Below are positions 25,701-35,863 of a DNA stretch of 64,000 nucleotides, piece by piece. The notes below the pieces were generated by a model. It was not told the origin of the DNA, did no database searches, and saw nothing but the letters and a program-made list of their open reading frames with translations. The DNA is from Yuukianura sp. NJ FZ-2021. Its lineage: Eukaryota. The position numbers were made by a program, and so were the translations under genes. The stretch covers positions 7,874,001-7,938,000 of the forward strand of contig CM102285.1 in NCBI GenBank assembly GCA_046563655.1, read 5' to 3'. Within the stretch, counting starts at the first letter, position 1. Each line of letters opens with the position of its first letter.

Positions 25701-27699
25701 TACTTATGCTTCAGTTGCTAGATACGAATCTGTTAGGATCGTTCTTGCAGTTGCCAGTGCATGGAACTACAAGATTATTCAATTCGACGTAAAGACCGCC
25801 TTTCTCCACGGAGATCTAAAAGAAACATTGTTTATGACACAGCCACATGGATTTGAAAAGGGAAAGTCGCTGATTTGTCACCTTCAGAAGTCAATCTATG
25901 GTCTCAAGCAGTCTCCGCTGATGTGGTTTGAAAAACTGAAGAAAGCACTGCAAAGTCTTGGTTTTCTCCAGCTGGAGAGTGAGCCATCAGTATTTCAAAT
26001 GGACACCGAACCTGGAAAAATTTTCATGTTGATTTACGTTGATGACGGCCTAGCTCTTGGCCCAAGACTGGAAGACCTGGAGAAAGTCGTCAGAGAATTA
26101 AACAACAAATTCCCACTGACTTTCTCCAAACCCTCAGTGTTCATTGGATTGGAACTAAACAACGGAGAAGATGGGAGCTGGAACTTGGCACAAACTGGAC
26201 AAATCAAGAAGATATTGAGGAACTTTCACCTCGAAGAAAGTAAGCCTGTCAACGTCCCCATGCAACCCAACACTACTCTACAGGTACTGGCTGGAGAAAC
26301 TGGAGGTATACCGTTCCGGGAATTGATTGGCAGTCTACTGTTTGTTGCAAGATGCACGAGACCTGACATTGCTTTTGCAGTGTCTAAACTCTCACAACAC
26401 TTGACTGGATACGACGAAAGCCACTGGAAGATGGCCAAAAACGTGGCACGTTACCTCAAGGGATCCATGGAGCTACGTCTTCCTTCCAGTCCCAGAACAA
26501 ACAAAATCACTGTAGCTGGATACTGCGACTCGGACTTTGCTGGATGTCAAAGTTCCAGGAGGTCAACCTCTGGATATGTCTTTTTTATAAATGACTGCCC
26601 GGTAAGCTGGATGAGTCAGAAACAAAACACAATCGCATTATCCAGTTGTGAAGCCGAATACGTGTCGTTAGCTGCTGCAGCGAAGGAAGCTGTCTGGATT
26701 CGGAGATTTGTGGAAGAATTGGGAATCAAAATGACAAATCCAACGCCAATTTACGTGGACAATCAATCTGCCATTAAGTTGACCCAAAACCACCAGTTTC
26801 ATAAGAATACGAAGCATATCGAACTGAGATATCACTTCACAAGAAACTTAATTGAAGAGAAACAAGTGGAGGTCACCTACGTTCAAACCGAACATCAGAA
26901 GGCAGACATATTGACTAAACCTTTGAATCGCGGGAGATTTGAATTTTGTCGCTCAATGCTTGGATTGAAGACTCAGGGAGAGCCTAATGTTAAGGCTCTA
27001 GTGGCAATTCGCTCGGAAAAAGAAGGAGGGAAGACTCTTCAGAACAGGGACCCACCGAAGGCACAGAATGGAAATTTTGAAAAAGAACAAAAAGCCATAA
27101 AGTCTGAAATTGACAAGGGTCAATTCAACCCAAAGAAAGAAAAAGGGCAAAACCGAAGAAACAGAAACCCTAAATGGAGTGTGACTACCCAAGTTTTTGA
27201 AAACTCAAAATTTGGGAAGTGGAACAAGGTTAAAGGTCAAAGCGGAAAAAGTGGACACTCAAACCATCCTTACATTGAGGTCCTTCGTCCACAAGAAAAA
27301 AGATTTTACTCAAGGGCAGCTCCACCAAACTCAAACTTTTTGAGAAGGAACCTTGTCAATTCTGGTCCACGGAAACAGGAGCCACCGTGGAACCAACATG
27401 CACATAAAAACGGCAAAAGAAAAAGGAAAGAAACGGACTTTGGAAACCCAAATCATTTCTTGAAAAGGACAAAGGGAAAGTGTTTTGGTGGGAACGATGA
27501 CTTTCTCCATGAACAAAGAAAGACTTCAAACAATTGGACATTCAAAAATCTTTCTCTCATGTTCACTGCTGGATTTCTGATGATGATATTTTTTGGACTT
27601 ATTCATGGAGCTTCCGGTGATTTCAAGTGGCTTCTCCAGTTCTATGGAAGAAAAGTGACACTCAAGTCACCAAAGGCTCAAATCAAGTGCATTTGCTGA
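22750..27699 (+). CDS. Copia Gag-Pol polyprotein (gag, zinc knuckle, PR, GAG-pre-integrase, IN, RT, RNase H) with basic C-terminal extension and hydrophobic signal-like segment
   Basis: KLDGTNYSRWK; CFLCKSEDHWKRDC; WYADSGAS; WHRRLAH..CENC; HMDL/RSDNGGEF/NGRVER; QFDVKTAFLHG, YGLKQS, YVDD; YCDSD, EAEY, DNQSA, ADILTK; uninterrupted ORF. Confidence 0.96.
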   Translation: MSISSARPLFDTKHVAKLDGTNYSRWKMQMTLILKAVKLWDVASGTVVRPESDENGGQAAWDEKDVQAQAIIVPTLNASQMTHIVGCKTAKEVLDKLSDINSDSSTINRQHTLSSFFNFKVSNKQNLVEAYTEMEEIWRNLKEIGVNMEEDTVVTKIVSSLPEPRYTALKRAWDSVPAESQTMSILFARLKKEQIDQTNIESAGTSREERSRAFKALSEQGKRGRESSPTKERKKGFSSKKSGCFLCKSEDHWKRDCPKLRQGNSEASSGESQQNTRPFSKKSHHGQGKGRGGSRGRKEKEASRNGFLGQRKEGEKSGDGESDFPHAKAFVGQDRRRKKSGSPGPGQASEPWPIRQEDTWYADSGASNHICGSKDWFVDYKDFQNPEKVDQLNSTAVDALGEGTVQLLALTDGTWQYKTLKNVLFIPGAVNLLSELQMTHLGYKIERDSEGARFSHKQGPGPTCHVSKGMYVMNFLPVKVQPKALLAFKQVNLDVWHRRLAHINTEYIQASVRRGAVYGIPPEQVKGQLRETCENCQFGKQPRKTFNSVPKRNSEPGTGTHMDLSGKMNVVSLGGASYFLLLIDDATNFRTVYFLERKSEAAEAIKGYIHFMERQTGNRMKWVRSDNGGEFVNSTLNKFFEENGIIHETSAAYCPEMNGRVERSMRTLKDTSRAMLQTYSTPDFLWGEAVATSVYIHNRTLSRISPEQTPFQKIMGRRPNLGNVRVFGCKAYAHIPEAKRTVWTPKSRKMYLVGYDGVCEKKFRLFDPDSASIVIATNVVFEEKEPEVKITEVVEEESGESGDEENRQSSEKKEKLLEKEDDNAEKHNCQDEENVAGSSLSPKSWKVQRTDDLKLTISTTAGDYIAQIPAHALERYNFRPREGIKIPSRYHANVARLEILEPNNYEEALASPQKLEWIRAMEDEINSLEKNKTWSLVKWSPEKRVLDNRWVFALKRKPDGEIDRYKARLVCRGFWQRPGVDFHDTYASVARYESVRIVLAVASAWNYKIIQFDVKTAFLHGDLKETLFMTQPHGFEKGKSLICHLQKSIYGLKQSPLMWFEKLKKALQSLGFLQLESEPSVFQMDTEPGKIFMLIYVDDGLALGPRLEDLEKVVRELNNKFPLTFSKPSVFIGLELNNGEDGSWNLAQTGQIKKILRNFHLEESKPVNVPMQPNTTLQVLAGETGGIPFRELIGSLLFVARCTRPDIAFAVSKLSQHLTGYDESHWKMAKNVARYLKGSMELRLPSSPRTNKITVAGYCDSDFAGCQSSRRSTSGYVFFINDCPVSWMSQKQNTIALSSCEAEYVSLAAAAKEAVWIRRFVEELGIKMTNPTPIYVDNQSAIKLTQNHQFHKNTKHIELRYHFTRNLIEEKQVEVTYVQTEHQKADILTKPLNRGRFEFCRSMLGLKTQGEPNVKALVAIRSEKEGGKTLQNRDPPKAQNGNFEKEQKAIKSEIDKGQFNPKKEKGQNRRNRNPKWSVTTQVFENSKFGKWNKVKGQSGKSGHSNHPYIEVLRPQEKRFYSRAAPPNSNFLRRNLVNSGPRKQEPPWNQHAHKNGKRKRKETDFGNPNHFLKRTKGKCFGGNDDFLHEQRKTSNNWTFKNLSLMFTAGFLMMIFFGLIHGASGDFKWLLQFYGRKVTLKSPKAQIKCIC

Positions 27700-29153
27700 T
27701 TAAGTTCACCTCTCCATGTGAAATGCTGGACATCAACAGCGTCCACCAGGATAATGTTCAAATGGCCAAGGAAAGATGCGAGGAGATTTATAGCAAACTT
27801 TTTACCTCAGAAATTCTAAAAATGTGTCCAACAGAAGAAACAACAGAAATTCATCACCGTCACAAAAGATTCATATTGACCGGAATCATCCTCAGTACGC
27901 TTGTCATTTCGCTGATTACAAGCATTGGACTGGGGACTGCTGCCGTCATTACTTCTGCTGGAAACAAGGTGACACTGACTGAACTTGGAAATTTGGCACA
28001 GGAACACGCAAAGAAACTGGAGGAAGTCGAAAAACGCTTGAATATCCATAGGAGAGCATTGGAGGAGTTAAAACAATTCACGGAGAAGCTTGCTGGAGAT
28101 TTCCTGGAGTCTAAGGAGAAGCAAGTAGACACAACCTTTTTGATTTCATCAATCACTGGAAGGCTTTTGATTGGAAATCAAATTCTGAAGGAGACTAATC
28201 GTCAGTGGCACACGAAAAGAAAGTTGTTCGTACCATTTCTGGACTATTTGAATTTTTCACTCCCATGTGGAAGTTCATGCCCACTGGATCTCGGAACTCC
28301 AAAGTCATGTCACATGACCTATGACAAGATGGCCATGCAAATGCGTTTCGAAGTTCCAATTTTGGATCAAAATTTGAAAGTAGTGAAAGCTGACGCTTTC
28401 TCCTTAATGCACAAGACCAAAAACCAAACTTGTGAAATCAAATCCATTGGTCCGAAGAAAGCAATTGTGTCACTAAACGAAGACTGCGTATACGGAGCCA
28501 ACTTTAAAGAACCAGCCGATGACATCCTCATCATCGCTCCAGACGCTGGATGTAGTACTTCTGGACAACTTCCTGGAATGACCAAACACTTCACTGTGGA
28601 GAAATGCTTGCCCACTCACCCTGGAGATGAGAAGGATTTTGTCCAGCTCAAACAACAAGGAGAAAACAACTACATTTACTGTTACGGAAACCAAATTACA
28701 ATCGGGGGAAAGACAACAAATTGTCCAGATCACGTTTTCCCTATTCCCAAGGAAGTCAGCATAAAAATCAATGACTACTTGTACGAGGGTTTAATCTTCG
28801 AGGGAACACACATCCAGGGACAGGACCGGATTTTCACCTCAAAAGCAAACTGGCACTTAGGTCACAAGCTAAACATGACCAATCTGCTAGAACTTCATGG
28901 GCTTCTAGATGAAGACAAGAAGCTAGAAGAAAATATGGAGAAAATGAAAATCACCCATGAAGCCTACTTTACAGAAAATCCATGGACAGGAATTGTAATT
29001 GGATTCCTAATGACGTCAATGATCGCGATTTGTATTGCACTTGGTATCTGTTACTACAGAGCTCGGAAGGAAAGAGTTCCGATTATCAAAATCACTGCTG
29101 CAAAACTTCAGGATGCTGTCAGTGAAAGCAAGAAAGAAACGGAAGAAGACTGA
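27559..29153 (+). CDS. Env-like class I membrane-fusion glycoprotein (signal segment in pol frame 27559-27621, body in ORF 27627-29153)
   Basis: MFTAGFLMMIFFGLIHGASG; RHKR|FILTGIILSTLVISLITSIGLGTAAVI; heptad LTELGNLAQEHAKKLEEVEKRLNIHRRALEELKQFTEKL; Cys-rich ectodomain with NFS/NQT/NMT sequons; TM WTGIVIGFLMTSMIAICIALGICYY; short cytoplasmic tail. Confidence 0.85.
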
Positions 29154-29375
29154 GGAACAAGATTCCAACGAGAAAAATTTAAAAGAAAAACAGAATTATT
29201 AGACTAATTCTATTTTTGTATAGATAGTTACTTCTCTACTGTAAGATATGGATTTGGGAGAGGTTAACTTACAATTAATTAGAATTAAGTTTTATTTTTG
29301 GAATAACTGTCTGTTCATCCTCTTTACAAATCTAAAACGTTGAAAGTAGGAATAACTCAGGAAAAGTCAATTTTT

Positions 29376-29384
29376 GAGGGAGAG
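29376..29384 (+). promoter_or_regulatory. Polypurine tract
   Basis: GAGGGAGAG immediately before the 3' LTR. Confidence 0.85.
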
Positions 29385-29800
29385 TGTTGAGTTTAGAGGT
29401 CAAAACTTGACCTTTTCTCATATAAAGTTAGCTGACAGGTTAACTCAACCACTGATTCTCACATCTGAATTACGATGACAAGTTGAGCTGAGGGGGAACC
29501 AAATATGACACTTCTGGTCAAAGTTATTACATAGGGGACCCTCAGAACCTTTCTAGTTGCATTTGTCTTGAAGCTTCCAGAATATTCTGGAAGCTTCCCG
29601 AAAATTCTAAGCCAGTTAACAAAAGGACCCGGGAGTCCGGAAAGTCAGTTAGTCTTTTTCAAGTCTCTCTCTAGGAAACTCTCTTAATTAAAACTTAAGA
29701 TCCTTTTTCTGAAGTTTCTTTTGACCAAATAAAAATCAGCAACATTGCTTAAAAAGATCCATCAATAACAAAATTAAAAAGGCGTTTAATTTTGACAACA
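29385..29800 (+). repeat. 3' LTR of copia element
   Basis: Direct repeat of 22115-22530. Confidence 0.97.
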
Positions 29801-30239
29801 AAAGCTGTTGTACAAAGTGTAATCCCACAGATGAAAGAAGGTCTTGCGATACCATTTGAGGGTCTTCCGTTTGCTTTGGAGTGGCCGCATCACTTTGTCG
29901 ACGTCATCAACCCCGCCCATCTTAGAATTGTAGACAAGTACACTTGTTGGTTTCATTCGAGTGTTGTTTGGATTCAATGATGGGGCAAGCTTCATCTCGT
30001 GAGGAACAAATGTACTGATCATGCAGACTTCACGTCGATCTTTCCACCTAAATAAATATAAAGTAAATTGGACTTAGTAATTTGTTTGGTTCAGAATTTG
30101 TTTGGAAGTAACTTATTATTAATTATAAGTGATCCACTAACCGCTCAATTAGGATCCCCCATTTCGTAAAGCTTCTGATGTCACCAAGCGGCTGTGTCCA
30201 TAAGTGTCCGAGGAACTAAAAATCTGAGGGTGTAAAGCG

Positions 30240-30390
30240 TGAGGGCCTAAAGATGCTGTGGCCTAAAAGTTTTGGGCCTAAAATTTTTGTGGGCCTAATT
30301 CATTTGGGCCTAAAGGCAGTGAGGGCCTAATTGTTTTGGGCCAAATTCATTGGGCCTGGTGGCTGTGGGCCTAATTCATTGGGCGTAATG
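30240..30390. repeat. Degenerate GGGCCTAA minisatellite
   Basis: About 10 copies of (T/A)GGGCCTAA at ~15-20 bp spacing. Confidence 0.7.
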
Positions 30391-30989
30391 GCGTGCTTCG
30401 GTTCTAACTATAAACAAAATGAACGTTTTGACACCAAAACCCCAAAACATTAACACAAAAATTATATGTCCAAAACTGAGTTTACAGGAACATAAGTTTG
30501 TGATAGTAGACAAAATTGTAGTATTTTTTATTTGGTATTGCCGCTCCCTGCAGTCTCGTAGCCTATGGAGCCATATAAAGTTACATATTAATTAACAGGG
30601 TCTTCTGGAGTTTGGTTATTAGTCTACATTATTGGACAGTGCGGAAGTTCTAATGCTTTACAGAGTATTATTGTTAACAGGCTCAAAGATGAAAGAATGA
30701 ATTGTCAATTTTGTGTCTTACGTCATCTAAACTTTAGCTGGGTAGTTCTGTTAGAACTCCAAATATTTAGGACAGGAAGCAAAAATATGTGATGAATGAA
30801 TGGCTTAACTTAAAAGGGCTGCTGTTTTCGCTCACTAGAATTTCAAATACGCAACGAAGAGAGAAACATTGCAGTTGGAACTCAAATTAGAATTAAAGAT
30901 GACGATGGTGGATGATGAGTCAGCAACAATGTTGAGGTTAAACTTCTAACACGACCCCATCTGAGTTGACAGTGAAAATTTTGACCGAT

Positions 30990-31630
30990 TTTCCGTTGGT
31001 CAGGGTCATACTGCCACTTCGGATCTGGAACTTGGCTCCCGTATATTCTTTCCGCAGTTTGCTTCGGGTTCGCGTAATATCCCCTCCTTGGTACGCTCTG
31101 TCCTGGTTCTCTCGGGATCGATGTAGATGGTCCGTAGAAAAGGCTCTTGTCGAATGGATGATTTTTGCTTGAGGACTGTGTACTTATCTCTCTCACGCAA
31201 CATTTTCACCTGTACAAGTCTGGCTCGATCAGATTTTCTACCTAGGCGCCGACACTGACTGAAATCAATTTCCGGAATTTGTAGTTTTTCAAAAATCGTC
31301 TGCACTTTTCTGTAGAGCTGCGGGATTTTTTCATTGTCCTCTTCGTCAAGTCTAGAAATAATGAGATTTGAAGCGATGCTTTCCTTGTTAACTCTGTTCA
31401 ATTCAATTTCGATGCGATCAAATTTTTCGCTTACTACCACTGGGTCAATTGTATCCACACCCTTCAATTTCTCACAAACAGGTTGCCAATGCATGAACTG
31501 TGTAACTAAAGATCGGATTTCTTAGGTTTGTTGTTCGTTGTCTTTAGCCTTTTTATCTTCGTTTTTAAGGGGTGCTGTAGCTGGTCTTTTGAAGTATCCT
31601 TGGACAAGATTCGTTGATGAGTGATATGGG
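30990..31630 (-). pseudogene. LINE ORF1-like remnant (coiled coil + RNA-binding domain)
   Basis: NLIISRLDE...RRLGRKSDRARLVQVKM...IYIDPERTRTER pattern typical of non-LTR ORF1; broken by stops/frameshift. Confidence 0.7.
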
Positions 31631-33199
31631 CTTTGGGGCGGTGACCGCCTCAGATTTCTACTGCCATCACTATTGTAAACAGATTATGAAAGAGATGGGA
31701 GCATTAATTATGCGACTGTCAACGATGAGAGTCAAAACCAAACTCGAAAAATTTTTAGTAAAAACTTGGTAGTTCCAGATAACCTCAAACGATAATTATT
31801 GCCACCAAGTTAGGTCTCGAATATTGTGGCCTTCAAAGTTTTTTTTGCCAACTGGGATCGAAGTTAGTGAGTGTAACCCGATTCTTCCTTCGCCAAACAA
31901 TACGTTATCACCTTGATTTTCAAATTTTCATCTAAGAAAGTCGTCTCGTCTCGACCAAAAAATAACCATTTACATGGAAAATACTCATAATATGCAATGC
32001 TTCCGATTGATGATCGGACATACGTTTTGGTTCCCGGAAATTCCGGGATTCCGGGCCGAAATCATTTCTATTACCAAGCGTTTGGGTCACTGCAATGAGG
32101 CCGGAGAATCTCAACAGTAGTGATGGTCGCAGACTGTTAGAAATTTTTATGCCGTTGCCAATACTAACGGCCTCAAAAAATCTTCAAAATTCAATCAACA
32201 AACCTTTCAATGAAAATAGATGAACATTAATAGTGCACTACTAGTGCAGCATTAATAGTATTCAACTCTGTCTTGAGAACGTGACACAAGCTAACCTAAC
32301 CACAAAAACGTTAGGAATTGAACCGCACGCTTGAAACTGTTTTATTTAACAAGATTTATTTCGGTGACGCCTCAGTTCAAGTTTGGACCAGATTTTCACT
32401 CTTCTGAAGTTAACTCTAGCGCTACTTTCAGGATGGCGTTGACCGTCGTGAAGAAAGTCTGTCGGTTTGCGTAACGTCTTTGCTGTTTTCTCCTTAAGTT
32501 CTTTCTGTTTAGGCGCATGCCTCGTTCGAATGAAAGATCTGTTAACATGAACAATACTTGATCATTTCCCACTATCTAACCTTACTCACAATTTACTTTA
32601 AATTTTTTTCTATTAAAAAAAATGTTTTAATAAGAATTATGGGCTGAAGAGCTGGTCGCCGTCTAAATGCGTCAGCATCTTCATCCCTTCCAAAATGTTT
32701 GAAGCCACGCAGTCTTCAATGCCTGGCGCTGATGAAATCCCAGTAGAGGTTTCACTTCATCGAAGCGTAATAATAATACAACGAATAAGACGAATACTAA
32801 TTGTCTTGACAATTATTCTTCAAATTGTCCATAATGATTGCGTGAAAATGTCCGTACATTTGTCAATTAGATTAGTGATGACTCGACTGTTCGCATTTCT
32901 TAAAAAAAAGGAGTTCACAAGGGGAGATTGACCCGAGTCTGGACTACATGGAAACCTGTTACAACATGAATGACAGTTTTTCGCCAAATTACAAATTGAC
33001 CCGGTTTGTGAGCGGGCATCATTGATCCGTTCAGTACTGGCGTCATGGTGGTCACTTAGGGGAATCAACAAACCATATTCATCCTTCCGATTTTTAATGT
33101 GAGTTGCGTATTTGTTGGATTTTCACTTTCACTGTCTGTGCGGTCTTATGTCACATTGATTTTTCTTTTCACAAGGAAGCGTATGAAGCATTGTACTCG

Positions 33200-34590
33200 T
33201 CTAGTCCCATTAGTTTCTGATGGGATAATAAGATAACCTTCTGACAAAAGTTTCTTTGCTCTCAGCTTTGGTAAGAATATCCGCGGGTTGGATGCTGTTT
33301 GCAGTTTGTTGCAACGTAACTACCTTCTTGTCCATCAAATTGCGGATGTAATGGTGGAGAATGTCAATGTGCTTGGTTTGGTGTTATCGTGATATTCCGG
33401 TTTTTTCGAGAGTTTGATGGCACTTTGTGAATCTGTGTTTAGAATAATTTGCTGTTGAAGGCGATCGCACCCAGCAAGGTTTTGGTCACAGCCAAATTGA
33501 TACTTTTCTTGTATGACCAAGGCGATGTATTCCGCTTCAGTGCTGGATAGAACGATAAAATCATCGTCCGAATGGCTCAATACAAAATTTCATTTCCCTT
33601 GATTTTGATGTTGCCAGTTTTCTATGGAAAACACTAAAAAAGGACTAGAGATCGCAAACTCACTTCTTGTGTCAAATGTCAAATTTTCAAATAATTTACT
33701 TTTAATTGTGAAATCTATGTTATCACGCTTGCTGAACTCGAATATGATAATTAAAAAATTCAAAAATCGATTCCTAATTAGTTATTTAATTAAAATTGTT
33801 TGTTAATTAACATTTTCCTAATTAAGATTGCAATACAAGCTTTAGGGATGAGATTTGTTGCTGAAAACGAATTTGACCTTTAACATGCTGAAAAACCGAT
33901 TCCTAATTAGTTAATTAAAATCGTTAATTAACATTTCTCTAATTAAGGCTGCAGTACAACTTTAGGGATGAAATTTGGTTGCTGAAAACGAATTTGACCT
34001 TTAAAATGCTGAAAAACCGATTCCTAATTAGTTAATTAGCTAAAATCGTTAATTTGCATTTCCCTAATTAAGGCTGCAATGCAAGTATTAGGGATGAAAT
34101 TTGATTGCTGAAAACGAATTTGGCCTTTTAAATGCTGAAAAACCGATTCCTAATTAGTTAATTAATAAAAATCGTTTTAATTCGAATCGGTTTAGGTAAT
34201 TCCAATGAATTCTTGCCAACTGTTTGTTTGAACAGTTTTTGGAGTTCAATTAAAGCTTGCTTATTTTCTCTGACAGCATTTCCAATGATTATTCCATCAT
34301 CAACGTAAATTAACAAAAAGTGATACTGTCGCATTTTACCCTATTGTACATACGTTCTGATATAAGACGGTGAAAGCCAAGTTTTCGGAGTTCAGAGATT
34401 GCTACGTTGATCCAACAACGCGGAGATTGTTTGAGTCTATATAGACGCTATTCCATTATGCAGACTTAATTGTCGCCTACCGTGTATGTAGTACCATGAA
34501 CCTCAAATCATTCTGATGGTTCCATAAAAATTTCGTCGTCCAGAGTGCTATTAAGAAAGGCGGTTGAAATGTCAAATTGTACCATGCCCT
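33200..34590 (-). pseudogene. Degraded copia RT-RNase H fragment, interrupted by a tandem repeat
   Basis: QFDISTAFLNSTL, YRLKQSPRCW, LIYVDDG at ~34590-34210; SSTEAEYIAL, DSQSAIKL, QPADILTK at ~33570-33200. Confidence 0.8.
33760..34185. repeat. ~122-128 bp tandem repeat, about 3.5 copies
   Basis: Units begin AAAAACCGATTCCTAATTAGTTAATT near 33762, 33891, 34012, 34138. Confidence 0.85.
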
Positions 34591-34651
34591 ACCCTTCATT
34601 TTTTTACCATCAACCTGTATCCCTCATAATTTTGAAAAGGCCAAATTTAAC

Positions 34652-35863
34652 CTAATCATCCCGAGTAGTGCTACTATCCTTTGTATCCAACCACCATTGA
34701 AAAGTGTCAGAATCTTTGTGAAACATTCGGCTAATTAAAACCAATTTTCCTTCTTCAGTTAAATTTTTCAGAGCAAAATAATCTTCAGTGTCTTTAAAGA
34801 TAGCTGGAATTTGCATACGTTGCGAACATTTGGGCATAGAAATCACTGCTGCTTGTTCGACTAATAAAACTTGGGGCGCGGCAGGTGGGGTGATAGCCAG
34901 TGCGGATGCGGCACTAGGTGGGGGTGCGGCGACAACGGGCGCGGCGGGTACTTGTGCTTGCATTGCCGCTAATTGTGCTTGTAAAAGTTTGTAATTGTTG
35001 ACGTAAGTCAGCAATTACAACGTCCTTACCGGGTCCATAATTGCAAGCGAATCCGAATATTTCTCCTCGGAATCTGATTTATTTTCGTTAATAGCTGGGG
35101 AAATCGAAAGAACCGACGGCGGTGCGCTTTTCGCCCGCTCTGGCTCGGTAGGAACTTGTAGTCCTGTGTTAGAAGCCTCTGCTTGAGACTTTTCCCGACT
35201 CGCGCTGCGAGTAATTACCATCAAAAAGACTAACAAACAACAAAACTGAGAATTAGGAATGGATTATGTACAACATATAGGAAAAATTATGTATAAGGAA
35301 TGAAATATGTTTGATTTACGCGACATGTTTTTGAAAAAGTCACAAATTTGAACTTTAAAAGGAATTTGCAATGCGAAAATCCGAATTGCTAATTTGGGGT
35401 TCGTGACCGCGCTCGACTTGAAAATGTTAAGCAGCGCGGTGCACCCACCACTGCTGTGTAAAAACCGTACCGTGAAACTGTATTGCTTATGTGAAAGGGA
35501 GAGCCATGCTTCCCACCGAATGAACAACCGAAAAGTACCGAATTCGTCGGTATTATGACGTTAATCGGTGCTTAATCCATGATTAATCGATTAGCACAAT
35601 GGGAGAGCTGAAGGGGGCGGTTGGGCGCCATATGTGACACTCAGGGGTCACACGGGCTTGAGAGACGAAGGATGATAGTGCAGAAAAAATAAGTGACCGA
35701 GTGGGATTCAAACCCACTCTTTCTCCAATCCGGGTGACTGCACTGCCCTTATGCTATCAGGCCACAACTTGCAAGGATAGAGTAGGAAGGGTAACATCAA
35801 AGGCACTGTCAAATTCCTCTATCCTTGGCGGTTGGGAGTGGGACTGTTCCGCCAAACGCCACA
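34652..35863 (-). mobile_element. 5' end of an LTR retrotransposon: 231-bp LTR (35863-35633), tRNA-Lys PBS, gag-like remnant
   Basis: Minus strand TGTGGCG...GTGTCACA, then TA, then TGGCGCCCAAC (35630-35620); downstream MVITRS... ORF with a stop, Ala/Pro linker and F...QWW gag-like motif (35222-34652). Confidence 0.65.
35693..35765 (-). ncRNA. tRNA-like sequence (Pol III A/B boxes) inside the LTR
   Basis: GTGGCCTGATAGCATAAGGGCAGTGC...GTGGGTTTGAATCCCACTCGGTCAC: 73 nt, acceptor-like stem, D-like arm, T-arm with B box; anticodon arm irregular. Confidence 0.55.

Larger units (their letters stand above)
22115..29800 (+). mobile_element. Full-length Ty1/copia LTR retrotransposon carrying an env-like gene
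   Basis: Two 416-bp TG...CA LTRs, 5-bp TSD AAAGC (22110-22114; 29801-29805), PBS, PPT, PR-IN-RT-RH domain order. Confidence 0.97.
21457..30200 (-). mobile_element. 5'-truncated piggyBac (PGBD4-like) transposon split by the copia insertion
   Basis: 30050-29801: WKDRREVCMIST...YNSKMGGVDDVD...KWYRKTFFHLWDYTLYNSF; continues in frame at 22114-21762 after removing the copia: RAYKIL...RLIGQHFP...CTYC...RKTTSFRCDRC...LC...CFKLFH; small intron ~30050-30140; candidate end TTAA|CCTCTTGAACCC at 21453-21468. Confidence 0.8.

Noticed and set aside
27586..27600. A-TTT-TTT as a programmed -1 slippery site for env
   Set aside because: The -1 frame hits TGA at 27618-27620 before the env body
23289..28733. 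Antisense ORFs within the copia element
   Set aside because: Short shadow ORFs of the long sense frames
30240..30390. GGGCCTAA repeats as telomeric or CRISPR repeats
   Set aside because: Short irregular minisatellite; not TTAGG; spacers too short
32400..33180. Possible Cys-rich DNA-transposon (SWIM/MULE) remnant
   Set aside because: Motifs too degraded to support a call
33760..34185. Regularly spaced repeats as a CRISPR-like array
   Set aside because: Whole ~125-bp units repeat with no unique spacers; eukaryotic context, no cas genes
35693..35765. Functional host tRNA gene
   Set aside because: Irregular anticodon arm, TTTGA T-loop, and location inside an LTR
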